DNA of 64,000 nt from Candidatus Micrarchaeota archaeon CG10_big_fil_rev_8_21_14_0_10_45_29 (GTDB taxonomy: Archaea; Micrarchaeota; Micrarchaeia; Anstonellales; Anstonellaceae). Location of the stretch: the NCBI GenBank assembly GCA_002778455.1, contig PFCD01000005.1, positions 4,424-68,423 on the forward strand, written 5' to 3'. Within the stretch, counting starts at the first letter, position 1; each line of letters opens with the position of its first letter. The translations under genes and the position numbers were made by a program. This document shows positions 31,633-40,648 of the stretch, one piece after another. The notes beneath the pieces are model-generated. The model was given only the letters and a program-made list of their open reading frames with translations. It did not search any database and was not told the origin of the DNA.

Positions 31633-31704
31633 GGGCGCGTGGCGCAACGGTAGCGCGCCTGCATGGCATGCAGGAGGCTGGGGGTTCGAATCCCCCCGTG
31701 TCCA
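31633..31704 (+). tRNA. tRNA-Ala (GGC), no intron, CCA not encoded
   Basis: Acceptor GGGCGCG/CGTGTCC with G3:U70, D-arm GCGC/GCGC, anticodon stem CCTGC/GCAGG with loop ATGGCAT, T-arm GGGGG-TTCGAAT-CCCCC, discriminator A. Confidence 0.95.
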
Positions 31705-31746
31705 TTAGAAGGGGCCAACCGCCAACACTCACTTGCCCCTTTCTAA
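31705..31746 (+). other. Imperfect inverted repeat immediately 3' of tRNA-Ala
   Basis: TTAGAAGGGGC (31705-31715) pairs with GCCCCTTTCTAA (31735-31746) with one bulge. Confidence 0.4.
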
Positions 31747-32040
31747 ACCCCTCTCAAAACACCCGTGTTCGCACATAATGCTCGCGGTTGCCCGCTCGCA
31801 TTATGCGCTCACCTTCTTTACGCATATCACCAGAACAAGGCGCAGCCCCTTATCCAATTATGCCAAGCTTCCCCAAAACCCAATCCTTATTCTGGCAAAT
31901 TTTCGGTAAAATTCTGGCAAATGTTAAAAAAGGGCGGATTTGTTCTATCTCTATGGCAGTGTTTGGGGATGCTGCCGCCATTTGCGAATAAAAAGCATCC
32001 TCATAATTTTTATGTTGTTTTTGTTTTACAGGTATTTTAT

Positions 32041-32769
32041 ATGGCATCTATTGCAATCCCAATTTCTTTTATTGCGGGAATCCTCTCGTTTCTCTCGCCA
32101 TGCGTTCTTCCCCTTGTGCCCGGATTTGTGGGGTATCTGGGCGGGCTCTCCTCATCAATAAAAACAGAAAAAGAGGGCAGGCTTCACCTTTTCCTAAATT
32201 CAGTTTTCTTTGTGCTCGGATTCACGGCAGGCTTTGCGGCGATCGGAATTCTGCTTACCGGGCTTCTCTCAGCGGCAAGCTATGACATCCGCCTCTGGCT
32301 CTCAAGAGTTGGCGGGCTTTTGATAATATTCTTCGGGCTTTTCATACTCGGGCTTGTGAAAATTCCATTCCTAAGTTCAGAGCACAAGCTAAAGCCGATA
32401 CAAACAAAATACCAGTACCTGACATCCGCCGCGTTCGGGCTTACTTTCGCGGTAGGTTGGTCCCCGTGCGTGGGCGCGGTGCTTGGCTCAATACTCACTT
32501 TGGCGGCAACAGACCCTACAGGCGCGCTTTTCCCGATGCTCGCATATGCAATCGGATTGGGAATTCCTTTCCTGATAATCGGGGCTTTGGGGGCGCAGGC
32601 AATCTCTCTCCTAAGAAAATTCAGGTGGATTATGCCGCACTTCAACAAAATTACCGGGGGATTGCTCATAATTCTTGGCCTGCTTGTGGCAACCGGAGAG
32701 ATTGCAAAAGTTGCAAACATACTCACCCCGATGGAGCTTCTTCCCTTTTTGCAGGGAGGGGGGCTATAG
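32041..32769 (+). CDS. ccdA: Cytochrome c biogenesis/DsbD-like transmembrane electron transporter CcdA
   Basis: Start at MASIAIP. AGILSFLSPCVLPLVP and FAVGWSPCVGAVL, about 6 TM helices. Confidence 0.93.
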   Translation: MASIAIPISFIAGILSFLSPCVLPLVPGFVGYLGGLSSSIKTEKEGRLHLFLNSVFFVLGFTAGFAAIGILLTGLLSAASYDIRLWLSRVGGLLIIFFGLFILGLVKIPFLSSEHKLKPIQTKYQYLTSAAFGLTFAVGWSPCVGAVLGSILTLAATDPTGALFPMLAYAIGLGIPFLIIGALGAQAISLLRKFRWIMPHFNKITGGLLIILGLLVATGEIAKVANILTPMELLPFLQGGGL

Positions 32770-32778
32770 GTGATTTTT

Positions 32779-33936
32779 ATGCAAAAATGGATTTGGCAGC
32801 TTGCAATTGTGATGATTGCCGGAATTTTTCTTTTTGCGGCTTTTGACGCAATAAGCGCAGGTGCAAACAAGGAAGGAAAAACCGGGGCAGAGCCTTCCCA
32901 ATACGGCTTGCCTCCAGCAAGCGCGGGGGCGGGGGGAAAAGATTCTGGCATGGATGAAAAAGAAAGCGAAGCCTTCAACCCCAAATCGCTCATGTATCAA
33001 AAGGCTCCGGAGTTTGAGAGCTATGCCGGAGTAATAAACGACCAAAACGGAGACGATTTTCTCTCCTCCTCAGAGCTTAAGGGGAAAGTGGTGCTTGTCG
33101 ACATCTGGACATATTCCTGCATAAACTGCATACGCACTCTTCCATATATTCAGGCATGGCATGAAAAATATGCCGATAGCGGGCTTGTAATTGTAGGCGT
33201 GCACTCACCAGAATTTGAATTTGAAAAGAAAAGGGAAAATATTGAGGATGCCGCAAAGCGAAACAACCTCACCTATCCTACAATAATAGACAATGACAGA
33301 AAAATATGGAACGCTTTCAAAAATTCATATTGGCCGCGAAAATACTTGATAGACGCGGACGGATATATTCGCTATGACCACATAGGGGAGGGGGGCTATG
33401 ATGAAACCGAGAGGCAGATACAGTCCCTTCTAAAAGAGCTTAACCCTGATATAAAAAGCGAAATGGCAAACGTCAGCGCAGAAGGCGTGGATTTTTCGCA
33501 AATACAAACCCCTGAGCTTTATTTCGGCTCCTCTTTCAGAAGAGTGCCGCTTGGAAACCAAAAAGCCCCGATATTGGAATCAATTGCTCAAAATTATACT
33601 CTGCCCGGGTTGCTTGCGCCAAACATAATTTACCTTGAGGGGGAGTGGAAAAACAACGGGGAGACCATGGAGCTTGCCTCAAATGAGGGCGCAATAGAGA
33701 TAAACTACGGCTCGCAATCCGTGCATCTTGTAGCAGAATCTGCACGTGGTTCAACCGCGTCCGCATTTCTGGGCGAAGAATTGCACATCGGCCCGGAGGC
33801 AAACGGGCAAGGTGAAATTGCAATAGGCGGCTCAAGGCTTTACCGCATCGTAAAAACCGATGAATACGCGCGCAACAGCCTTAAAATTAAAATAAAGGGC
33901 GCAGGCTTCAAAGCATATGCATTTACTTTCGGCTGA
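32779..33936 (+). CDS. Membrane-anchored thioredoxin with DipZ-like C-terminal domain
   Basis: KGKVVLVDIWTYSCINC, GVHSPEF, YWPRKYLID, HIGEG, TPELYFG, C-terminal AYAFTFG. Confidence 0.9.
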   Translation: MQKWIWQLAIVMIAGIFLFAAFDAISAGANKEGKTGAEPSQYGLPPASAGAGGKDSGMDEKESEAFNPKSLMYQKAPEFESYAGVINDQNGDDFLSSSELKGKVVLVDIWTYSCINCIRTLPYIQAWHEKYADSGLVIVGVHSPEFEFEKKRENIEDAAKRNNLTYPTIIDNDRKIWNAFKNSYWPRKYLIDADGYIRYDHIGEGGYDETERQIQSLLKELNPDIKSEMANVSAEGVDFSQIQTPELYFGSSFRRVPLGNQKAPILESIAQNYTLPGLLAPNIIYLEGEWKNNGETMELASNEGAIEINYGSQSVHLVAESARGSTASAFLGEELHIGPEANGQGEIAIGGSRLYRIVKTDEYARNSLKIKIKGAGFKAYAFTFG

Positions 33937-34042
33937 AATTTTTTAAACATGCGGAGCCAAGGATAAATGAGAATTCTCCCACTTCTGGCGCTGCAAGCAT
34001 TTTTCGGAAAATTTAATAAACTCCGCCCAAGTGTAGTTGTAT

Positions 34043-34726
34043 ATGGCAACTCCGGCTCAGCTGCTCGCATCAATTCTTCTTCCTCTTCAGCAGGCGGCAA
34101 ATTCAATGGACCCTCTGGAGATGCGCGCACTCATCACAATCTGCGCAATAACGCTTTATGCAATATTTGCAGGAAGCTTTTACGAAACCCTCTCAAAGCG
34201 CGCGATATTTCGCCTTCAGATGCCAAAGCCCCTGCTTTTCGGGCAGGAGGACATACACATTGGCCTGCGTGACATTATTGTATTCATATTCGAATACACC
34301 ATAATATTTCCGTTAATAACTCTCATCTGGGTGTCTGCGCTCACAATATTTTTGCTTGCTCTCTCAAGCGCCCCTGTGGCGGATGTGGCAATCCTTTCCC
34401 TGTCCATAGTTGCCGCAACGCGAATATGCGCGTATTATGACGAGCAGATCGCGGTGGATGTCGCAAAGCTTCTCCCCATAGCGCTTCTGGCGCTTGTTGT
34501 GGCAGACCCCGGCTCCCTCTCGCAAAACATAATAATCGAGCGCAGCAGCGAACTTCTTGCAAGCGCAAACCGCTTTTTCACCGTATTTGCGTTTCTCATA
34601 GCGATGGAATGGTCCCTGCGGCTTCTTCTTGAGGCAAAATACATAATTTTCGGCAAGCCGGAGAGCGATGACAGCGAGCTTGACAAGCTTCTTGCCCACT
34701 ATTCTCCAAAAAAGAAAAAGAAATAA
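34043..34726 (+). CDS. Hypothetical polytopic membrane protein
   Basis: About 5-6 hydrophobic segments, with RICAYYDEQIAVDVAKLLP between helices. Confidence 0.75.
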   Translation: MATPAQLLASILLPLQQAANSMDPLEMRALITICAITLYAIFAGSFYETLSKRAIFRLQMPKPLLFGQEDIHIGLRDIIVFIFEYTIIFPLITLIWVSALTIFLLALSSAPVADVAILSLSIVAATRICAYYDEQIAVDVAKLLPIALLALVVADPGSLSQNIIIERSSELLASANRFFTVFAFLIAMEWSLRLLLEAKYIIFGKPESDDSELDKLLAHYSPKKKKK

Positions 34727-34757
34727 AATTAAATACTTCCCATGCGCCCTCACTTAT

Positions 34758-35915
34758 ATGCAACCGGGGAAAAATGAAAGCGATTTGTGCATGCTGGCCG
34801 CAGCCGGCTCAATTCTTATCCTTATTATGGCAACCGCGTTTTTCCTTCTATACACCTATGACACGCAAAACAAGAATGATGCAAGCATTTCTGCCCTTAA
34901 CTCCGCCCTCGAGAAAACAACAAACCAGCTGAATATTTTGCAGGCGAATTACAATTCCCTCTCGCAAAAGCTTTTGCAGCGGGAGGCTCAGCTTGAAAAA
35001 ACACAGGAAGAGCTCTCAGGCGCATTGCAAACGCTCAATTCCACAAAAAGCGAGCTGAATAAAACAAAGGCTGCCCTCGCGCAGGCAAACTCCGAATTAA
35101 ACGGCACAATGCAAAAAATACAAAATGCAAAAAAAGAAATAGAATCCCTCGGGGAGAGCGTAAATTCCTCTATGCAATGGTTTAGCGACAACTCGCGCCT
35201 GCCGCAAAATTATTCATGGGGTGTGGATATTTTCCTCGAGAGGATAGGAACCGACTGCATATGGGAGGGGGAGCTAAACCTTGCATGCATAAATTATTTG
35301 ACAGACAGGACTGTAGTCAAACTTGATTATGCCTCAGACATTGAGGCAGACCATCTGCAGTCAATAAAGCAGACTCTTAAGAAAAAAACCGGCGACTGCG
35401 AGGATTACGCGCTTTTCTTCAAGGCGATATTAAACTCTCTAAAAGATTCTGGAAAAAAAGAAAAAATAAAGGCATGGGCGCCGGTTAATGCTAATTCCGA
35501 GTTTCGCGTCTGGCCAAAAGGAGACGACACCGCCACTTATCTTTATTATCCCAACGCCGGAAAAGCCATTTTAGCAGAGCTTGATAGCACATATCCCTAT
35601 GTCATCTGCTATTCAACCAGCCAGACAAGCGGGCATTGCACAATTGCACTAAGCCCAAATAAAATAAATTCTTCTTCGCAGATTTACTTAATTGAAAACT
35701 CAACAGTGTTCGAGCCGCAGAACGGAAGGTTTCTTGGAAAAATTGCGCAGCAATTCCACATCTGCTCTACCGACGAGAATAACTGCTACATGTCATCAAA
35801 CAACATTGTTGTAATAATTTCCGATGATGACATTTACAGAATTTCCGGATCAAAATGGGAATCGTATTCCGATTATTTGCAAAAATTATCGCAAATTGGC
35901 GCAGAAATGGGCTAA
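34758..35915 (+). CDS. Membrane-anchored coiled-coil protein with transglutaminase-like cysteine peptidase domain
   Basis: TM helix, about 100-aa heptad coiled coil, then GDCEDYA ... SGHCTIA ... VFEPQNG (Cys-His-acidic triad pattern). Confidence 0.75.
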   Translation: MQPGKNESDLCMLAAAGSILILIMATAFFLLYTYDTQNKNDASISALNSALEKTTNQLNILQANYNSLSQKLLQREAQLEKTQEELSGALQTLNSTKSELNKTKAALAQANSELNGTMQKIQNAKKEIESLGESVNSSMQWFSDNSRLPQNYSWGVDIFLERIGTDCIWEGELNLACINYLTDRTVVKLDYASDIEADHLQSIKQTLKKKTGDCEDYALFFKAILNSLKDSGKKEKIKAWAPVNANSEFRVWPKGDDTATYLYYPNAGKAILAELDSTYPYVICYSTSQTSGHCTIALSPNKINSSSQIYLIENSTVFEPQNGRFLGKIAQQFHICSTDENNCYMSSNNIVVIISDDDIYRISGSKWESYSDYLQKLSQIGAEMG

Positions 35916-35933
35916 AAGAGGCAAAACTCACAA

Positions 35934-35946
35934 AAGGTTTTTATAT
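35934..35946 (+). promoter_or_regulatory. Putative BRE/TATA promoter for the small basic ORFs
   Basis: aaaaggTTTTTATAT about 45 nt upstream of a GAGGTGG RBS and TTG start. Confidence 0.45.
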
Positions 35947-35987
35947 GTCACGTGTTTTTTCAATTATGAAAAGTTGAGGTGGTTTGT

Positions 35988-36077
35988 TTGGTAGCAAAAA
36001 AGAAAGGAAAGAAAGTAAAGAAGAAAGGCAAGAAAAGAACCGTGAAGAAGAAGGCAAAGAAGAAAAAAAGGAGATAG
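35988..36077 (+). CDS. Tiny Lys-rich peptide MVAKKKGKKVKKKGKKRTVKKKAKKKKRR (29 aa)
   Basis: Manually translated. GAGGTGG RBS 5 nt upstream of TTG, 20 of 29 residues K/R. Below the ORF-track cutoff. Confidence 0.6.
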   Translation: MVAKKKGKKVKKKGKKRTVKKKAKKKKRR

Positions 36078-36086
36078 GTGGATTCT

Positions 36087-36206
36087 TTGAAGAAATCAGG
36101 TAACGCCAAGCGTTCAATGTCCCGAAAAAAAACGGCAAAGGCACTCGCCAAAGCCAAAAAATCAAGGGGGAAGGCGCAATCACGGCGTTGCCGATCCACA
36201 AATTAG
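36087..36206 (+). CDS. Tiny basic peptide MKKSGNAKRSMSRKKTAKALAKAKKSRGKAQSRRCRSTN (39 aa)
   Basis: Manually translated. The AGGTGG RBS overlaps the upstream stop, and a long oligo-T tract follows (36208-36246). Confidence 0.5.
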   Translation: MKKSGNAKRSMSRKKTAKALAKAKKSRGKAQSRRCRSTN

Positions 36207-36249
36207 TATTTTTTCCTTTTGTTCTTCTTCTTATTTTTTTATTTTCCCC

Positions 36250-38502
36250 TTAATTTAAAATCTTCTCAATCGCTTTCTGCGCAAGCCTTGCCGCCCCATC
36301 CTTGTCAAGATGCATATTGCTGTTTCCGCATTGGGGGCTAAAAATGCATTTGGGGCACCCCTCCTTGCATCCGCATTTTCTCAGGCGCTCAAGCGACATC
36401 TTTACAACCTGCGCATACCTTGGCATTATTATTTGCGCAAGCCCGCTTCCGCCTTCGCTTCCCTCATAATAAAATATTCTCCCCGAAGGGTATGATATCC
36501 CCCCTATCTCGGAAGGGTCTGACCCGCTTATTGCAGGCATCATGGATATGCTCACATGCTCAAGCGCATGAAGCGCATCGGCAAATTCCCCGCCGCAGGC
36601 AAATTCATCCCAATCCGCCCAAAAAGCCATTGTATCAAACTCGTGCACAAGCGGCTCATCAATTTCTTTTTTGTATATCACTTCGCCGGTATAAGAGTCC
36701 TTTAGCATATACCCGTAAACCTCGTTGGTGATATGCACCTCTCCCATATGCAATTTTACATCTCCCATTTTTCCCTCCCCGTGCATTTTCAGCACCTCTG
36801 CCCCCTTTCTTCTGAGCGCCTGCGTATAATACTGCGAATCATCCTCAATTCTTCTCACTTTCGCAACCCCCTCTTGCGCATCAATTCCAAGGGAGGAGTA
36901 TCTTTTCCCCCCAAGCAAATATATTGCACCCGCATAAAGTTCGCCTATTGCTATGGAAAATTCCCGCTCCCCCAAAACTTTCCCTCCCTTCGCATCAATT
37001 ATGCGTATGCTTCTTCCCGCTCCGCGCAGGCTCATCTTTCTTGCAAATATTGTTCCCTCTCGCGTGGGCATAAATACTCCCGAGAATTCGCGAAGCAGCC
37101 CCTCTTCCACAAGCTTTTTGCAGATTTTCAAATCATTTTTCCCAATCTCTTCCTGCTCAAGCGCAAAATCCCGCGCAGCGCACAGAAGATGAACCCTTCG
37201 TATATATTCATTGTCTTTGTTGGCATAGCAGCTCTCCGCTTCCCCTTCAAGGTAATTTTTAGGGTTTTGCGCATAATATGCATCAAGCGCATTGTTTTTT
37301 GCAACAAGAATGGCATAAGCATCCTGCCCTTTTCTCCCAACCCTTCCAATTCTCTGCCTCATGCGCGTAACCGTGCCCGCAAATCCGCACATTATTGCGC
37401 AATCCGCATCCCCGACATCCATCCCAAGCTCCAGCGCGCTTGTAGCCGCCATTGTCCTTATCCTTCCGCTGCGAAATCCTGCCTCAATATCCCGCCTCTC
37501 CTCCGCCGGCAGGCCGGAGCGGTATACTGCCAATTCCATATCCATATTCTGCGCAACCAAGGCAAGCCTCTCCGCAACGTTGTGCGAATTTGCAAAAATA
37601 ATCGTCTTTTTCCCGATTTGCTTTGCCGCCTTTAAGCTTATCCCGACAATTCCTCCCTCCCCTTCCTCCAAAACCGCGTGCATAACTTTTCCGGTCGGCG
37701 CACTCTCCCCCTTCACAACATGAAATTCCTCTCCGCATATTTTTTGCGCAAATTCATGCGCATTAAAAACCGTTGCGCTTGATGCGATAAACCGCACCTC
37801 ATTCCCCATCAACCCGCCTTTTTTTATCTTTTTCAAGCCCGCCCCCCTCTCATCAAGCTCAACCCCTGCCCCAACTTCAAGAAGGCTTTTTTGCGCCCTG
37901 TCTTTTTTCTTTGCAGCTCTTTTGCTGTTTTTGAGCACCCGCTTCATTCTCCACATTAAATTTGCCACATGGCTTCCAAGGTTTCCCGAATAAGCGTGTA
38001 TTTCATCAACCACAACGTATTTTAGCCTGGAAAAAAAATCCTCCCACAGGCGGCTGTGGCAAAGCATGAAGTGAAGCATGTCAACATTTGTGATTATCAC
38101 ATGCGGCATGTCTGCCCTTATTCTCGCCCTCTTTGAAGCGGGAGTGTCCCCGTCATATACTTCAGAGCGCACTCCAAGCATTGAAAATTCTCGAATTCTT
38201 GCCCACTGGTCGCGCGAGAGCGCCTTTGTAGGAAAAAGAAGAAGCGAGCATTTTCCCTGCAACGCCGCCTCAACAACAGGCACCATGTAGCATTCGGTTT
38301 TGCCGGAAGCAGTAGGCGCCATAAGCACAATATTTTTCCCCTCCCTCACCTTTCTTATCGCTTCCGCCTGATGCAAATACAATTTCTTTATCCCCCTTCC
38401 CTTCAGCACTTCATGCAGCGCACCTCTCACCTCAAAATTCTCCTCATATTTTGCGGTGCGCGCCTTTTGCACAACCCATTTTGCGCCAAATTCCTCAAGC
38501 AT
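36250..38502 (-). CDS. DEAD/DEAH-box helicase with C-terminal DUF1998 Zn-binding domain (Hrq1/MrfA-like)
   Basis: LYLHQ, APTASGKT, PTKALSRDQ, VVDEIH, SSAT, ATSALELGMDVG, QRIGRVGR, HALEH, CGCKEGCPKC...C. Confidence 0.93.
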   Translation of the reverse strand: MLEEFGAKWVVQKARTAKYEENFEVRGALHEVLKGRGIKKLYLHQAEAIRKVREGKNIVLMAPTASGKTECYMVPVVEAALQGKCSLLLFPTKALSRDQWARIREFSMLGVRSEVYDGDTPASKRARIRADMPHVIITNVDMLHFMLCHSRLWEDFFSRLKYVVVDEIHAYSGNLGSHVANLMWRMKRVLKNSKRAAKKKDRAQKSLLEVGAGVELDERGAGLKKIKKGGLMGNEVRFIASSATVFNAHEFAQKICGEEFHVVKGESAPTGKVMHAVLEEGEGGIVGISLKAAKQIGKKTIIFANSHNVAERLALVAQNMDMELAVYRSGLPAEERRDIEAGFRSGRIRTMAATSALELGMDVGDADCAIMCGFAGTVTRMRQRIGRVGRKGQDAYAILVAKNNALDAYYAQNPKNYLEGEAESCYANKDNEYIRRVHLLCAARDFALEQEEIGKNDLKICKKLVEEGLLREFSGVFMPTREGTIFARKMSLRGAGRSIRIIDAKGGKVLGEREFSIAIGELYAGAIYLLGGKRYSSLGIDAQEGVAKVRRIEDDSQYYTQALRRKGAEVLKMHGEGKMGDVKLHMGEVHITNEVYGYMLKDSYTGEVIYKKEIDEPLVHEFDTMAFWADWDEFACGGEFADALHALEHVSISMMPAISGSDPSEIGGISYPSGRIFYYEGSEGGSGLAQIIMPRYAQVVKMSLERLRKCGCKEGCPKCIFSPQCGNSNMHLDKDGAARLAQKAIEKILN

Positions 38503-38559
38503 AAAAAATCCACTTTCCTCAAAATTAAATAGGGGTGGCAGGGTGGTTTTCCGCCAAAA

Positions 38560-40308
38560 TTAATTTGAAATATAAATAAACCGCAAAACATCCCCACTCT
38601 TATCAAGGGTTACAAAGCCGAACCTCTCAAACTGGCAAGCCTGCCCCTCGGCCATCTTTGCACACTCTCTCTCGCACCATCCCCAGATTTCCTGCAAAGA
38701 ATTCTCATTATATTTTCCATCAATTAGCAAATCCCCGCCCTTTAGCACTTTGGCAGGAATTTTTGCAACATCGCTTACCCATTGCACCTTTTTCTCAACT
38801 TTTCCCTCATCAGAGGCAAAATTGCACAAGAGGGTGCGCACCGCCCCTTCCTCCCCGCTCGGAAGTATTCCGCGAGCCTCCTCTTTTGATACCAGCTTTA
38901 AATTGCACCAGTCTTTTAGCCTGAAAACTTCCCCCTCCTGCAAAGCATCCGCGTCCGAGCCGCTTATGTAAGCAACACTTGAGGTCTGCACAGCCCTTTT
39001 TCCCAGCCCGTCGTTTTGCGGATGGTTTTTTATCTCAATTTCCCCCGCACTCACTCCATCTATTTTTATTCTTGCCGGCTCTGCTACAAAAAACCGCCTT
39101 GGCGCATCAGCATCAATTAATTTTCTGTTCTCTGAGAGCAATTTTTCCCATCCCGGCTCGCTCTCCACCTTGCTCAAGCCAAATGACAAAACAAATTTTC
39201 TTATGGCTTCGGGCAATATTCCCCTCCTTCGCAAGGCGCTCAGGGTAGGCAGGCGCGGGTCATCATATCCGCTCACTTTCCCCTCCTCGATAAGCGGGCG
39301 TATGAGCCTTTTTGAGACCGGCGCTCCCTTTATCGCAAGGCGGGAGAATGAAATCAATTTCGGCTCCCTCATCTCAAGAATTTTTAAAATTTCAAAATAA
39401 AGCTTATCTCTCAATTCATATTCCTTTGAGCGCATGGCATGGCTCACTCCCTCAAGAGAATCAAGTATAGGCGCCGCAAAATCATATGATGGCCAGCATG
39501 AATATTTCCTCCCCTGCCTGAAATGCTCCCCTGCCACAATCCTAAACAAAGTGGGGTCCCGCATCACGGTGTTCTCATCTTTCATATCTCCCTTAAAGCG
39601 CAATATCGCCCCCCCTTCTTCAATATCCCCGCCGCGCATTTTTGAAAAATCAGCCCCGTTCTCCCCAACATCCTTGGCGGCGCAAACGCATCTTTCCCCG
39701 CTCTCGCGCCCTGCCTTTATTTTTTCAGGGGCGCAGGTGCACACATACGCTTTTCCAAGCATTATCATCTCATTTGCCAATTTATAAAATTCATCCATAT
39801 AATCAGAAGAATAAGTCACCTGCCCTTTCCACTTCACGCCAAGCCATTTCAAATCCTCCATTATGGCATCAACAAATTTTTGTGAAGATTTTGCAGGGTT
39901 TGTCTCATCAAAGCGCAGACGCATATGCCCTTTGTGCGCATTTGCCCCCTCATAATTTAAAAATACGGCTTTTGCATGCCCTATATGCAAATACCCCGAA
40001 GGCTCGGGGGGGAAGCGGGTAACAACTTTTCCCTCAACCGCATCCGGCAAACTTATTCCCTTCTCTTCCTCTTTTTGCTTCTCCTCATAAGTAAATTCAA
40101 GCATCTCTTTTTCAATCTCCTTCTTTTCCAACGAGTTTACTCTCTCGCACTCCTCTCTTGCCATTTGCATAAGCCCTTTGGCATTCTTCCTCTCTTCAGG
40201 AAAAGCCGCAATTGCCCTTCCCATCACTTTGCCCGCATCCGCCTTGCCATAATCATGCGCGTTTTTTAGCGCCCATTTTTTTATCGTCTCTTCAATTTCT
40301 TTTTCCAT
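38560..40308 (-). CDS. gltX: Glutamate--tRNA ligase (archaeal type)
   Basis: TRFPPEPSGYLHIGH, LRFDETNP, YVCTC, RDPTLFR, WPSYDF, SKR, DDPRLPT, QFERFGF. Confidence 0.96.
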   Translation of the reverse strand: MEKEIEETIKKWALKNAHDYGKADAGKVMGRAIAAFPEERKNAKGLMQMAREECERVNSLEKKEIEKEMLEFTYEEKQKEEEKGISLPDAVEGKVVTRFPPEPSGYLHIGHAKAVFLNYEGANAHKGHMRLRFDETNPAKSSQKFVDAIMEDLKWLGVKWKGQVTYSSDYMDEFYKLANEMIMLGKAYVCTCAPEKIKAGRESGERCVCAAKDVGENGADFSKMRGGDIEEGGAILRFKGDMKDENTVMRDPTLFRIVAGEHFRQGRKYSCWPSYDFAAPILDSLEGVSHAMRSKEYELRDKLYFEILKILEMREPKLISFSRLAIKGAPVSKRLIRPLIEEGKVSGYDDPRLPTLSALRRRGILPEAIRKFVLSFGLSKVESEPGWEKLLSENRKLIDADAPRRFFVAEPARIKIDGVSAGEIEIKNHPQNDGLGKRAVQTSSVAYISGSDADALQEGEVFRLKDWCNLKLVSKEEARGILPSGEEGAVRTLLCNFASDEGKVEKKVQWVSDVAKIPAKVLKGGDLLIDGKYNENSLQEIWGWCERECAKMAEGQACQFERFGFVTLDKSGDVLRFIYISN

Positions 40309-40385
40309 AAAACCAACTTTCCTATCTGATGCAAGGGGCGCTATCCCAGCCCCTCATTCTGCTCTCCTGCCCCTCTTCCAAGCGT

Positions 40386-40640
40386 TTACTCATAAATTTG
40401 CGTCCCTTCGCTAAAGTCCGAATATTTTTCCATTTCATCTGCCAACTGCGCCTCATCCATATTGTTTATTTTGGTGCAAACCTCGCGCGCCATGGCAATT
40501 ATTTTCTTGCGCTCCTCGCGGGGGATAGAGAGCTCTTGCATCACCCTGTCCGCAACTTTTGCAGGTATTGCAAGCTTCACCTCTGCAGTCATTTTCAGCG
40601 CCCATTTCCTGATGCATGCAATTACAACATCCTCATCCAT
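40386..40640 (-). CDS. Small helical protein paralogous to the N-terminal domain of the adjacent GluRS
   Basis: IRKWALK...AKV...MAREVCTKINNM...EM aligns by eye with GluRS IKKWALK...GKV...MAREECERVNSL...EM. Confidence 0.75.
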   Translation of the reverse strand: MDEDVVIACIRKWALKMTAEVKLAIPAKVADRVMQELSIPREERKKIIAMAREVCTKINNMDEAQLADEMEKYSDFSEGTQIYE

Positions 40641-40648
40641 AAAACCAA

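Noticed and set aside
31633-35915. Integrated element at tRNA-Ala
   Set aside because: No integrase was seen, and no duplicate of the tRNA 3' end was noticed downstream.
36250-38502. DUF1998 helicase with PLD as a DISARM/Druantia-like defence system
   Set aside because: The PLD gene is about 10 kb away and no methylase or other partners are present. A solitary Hrq1/MrfA-like repair helicase is the simpler reading.
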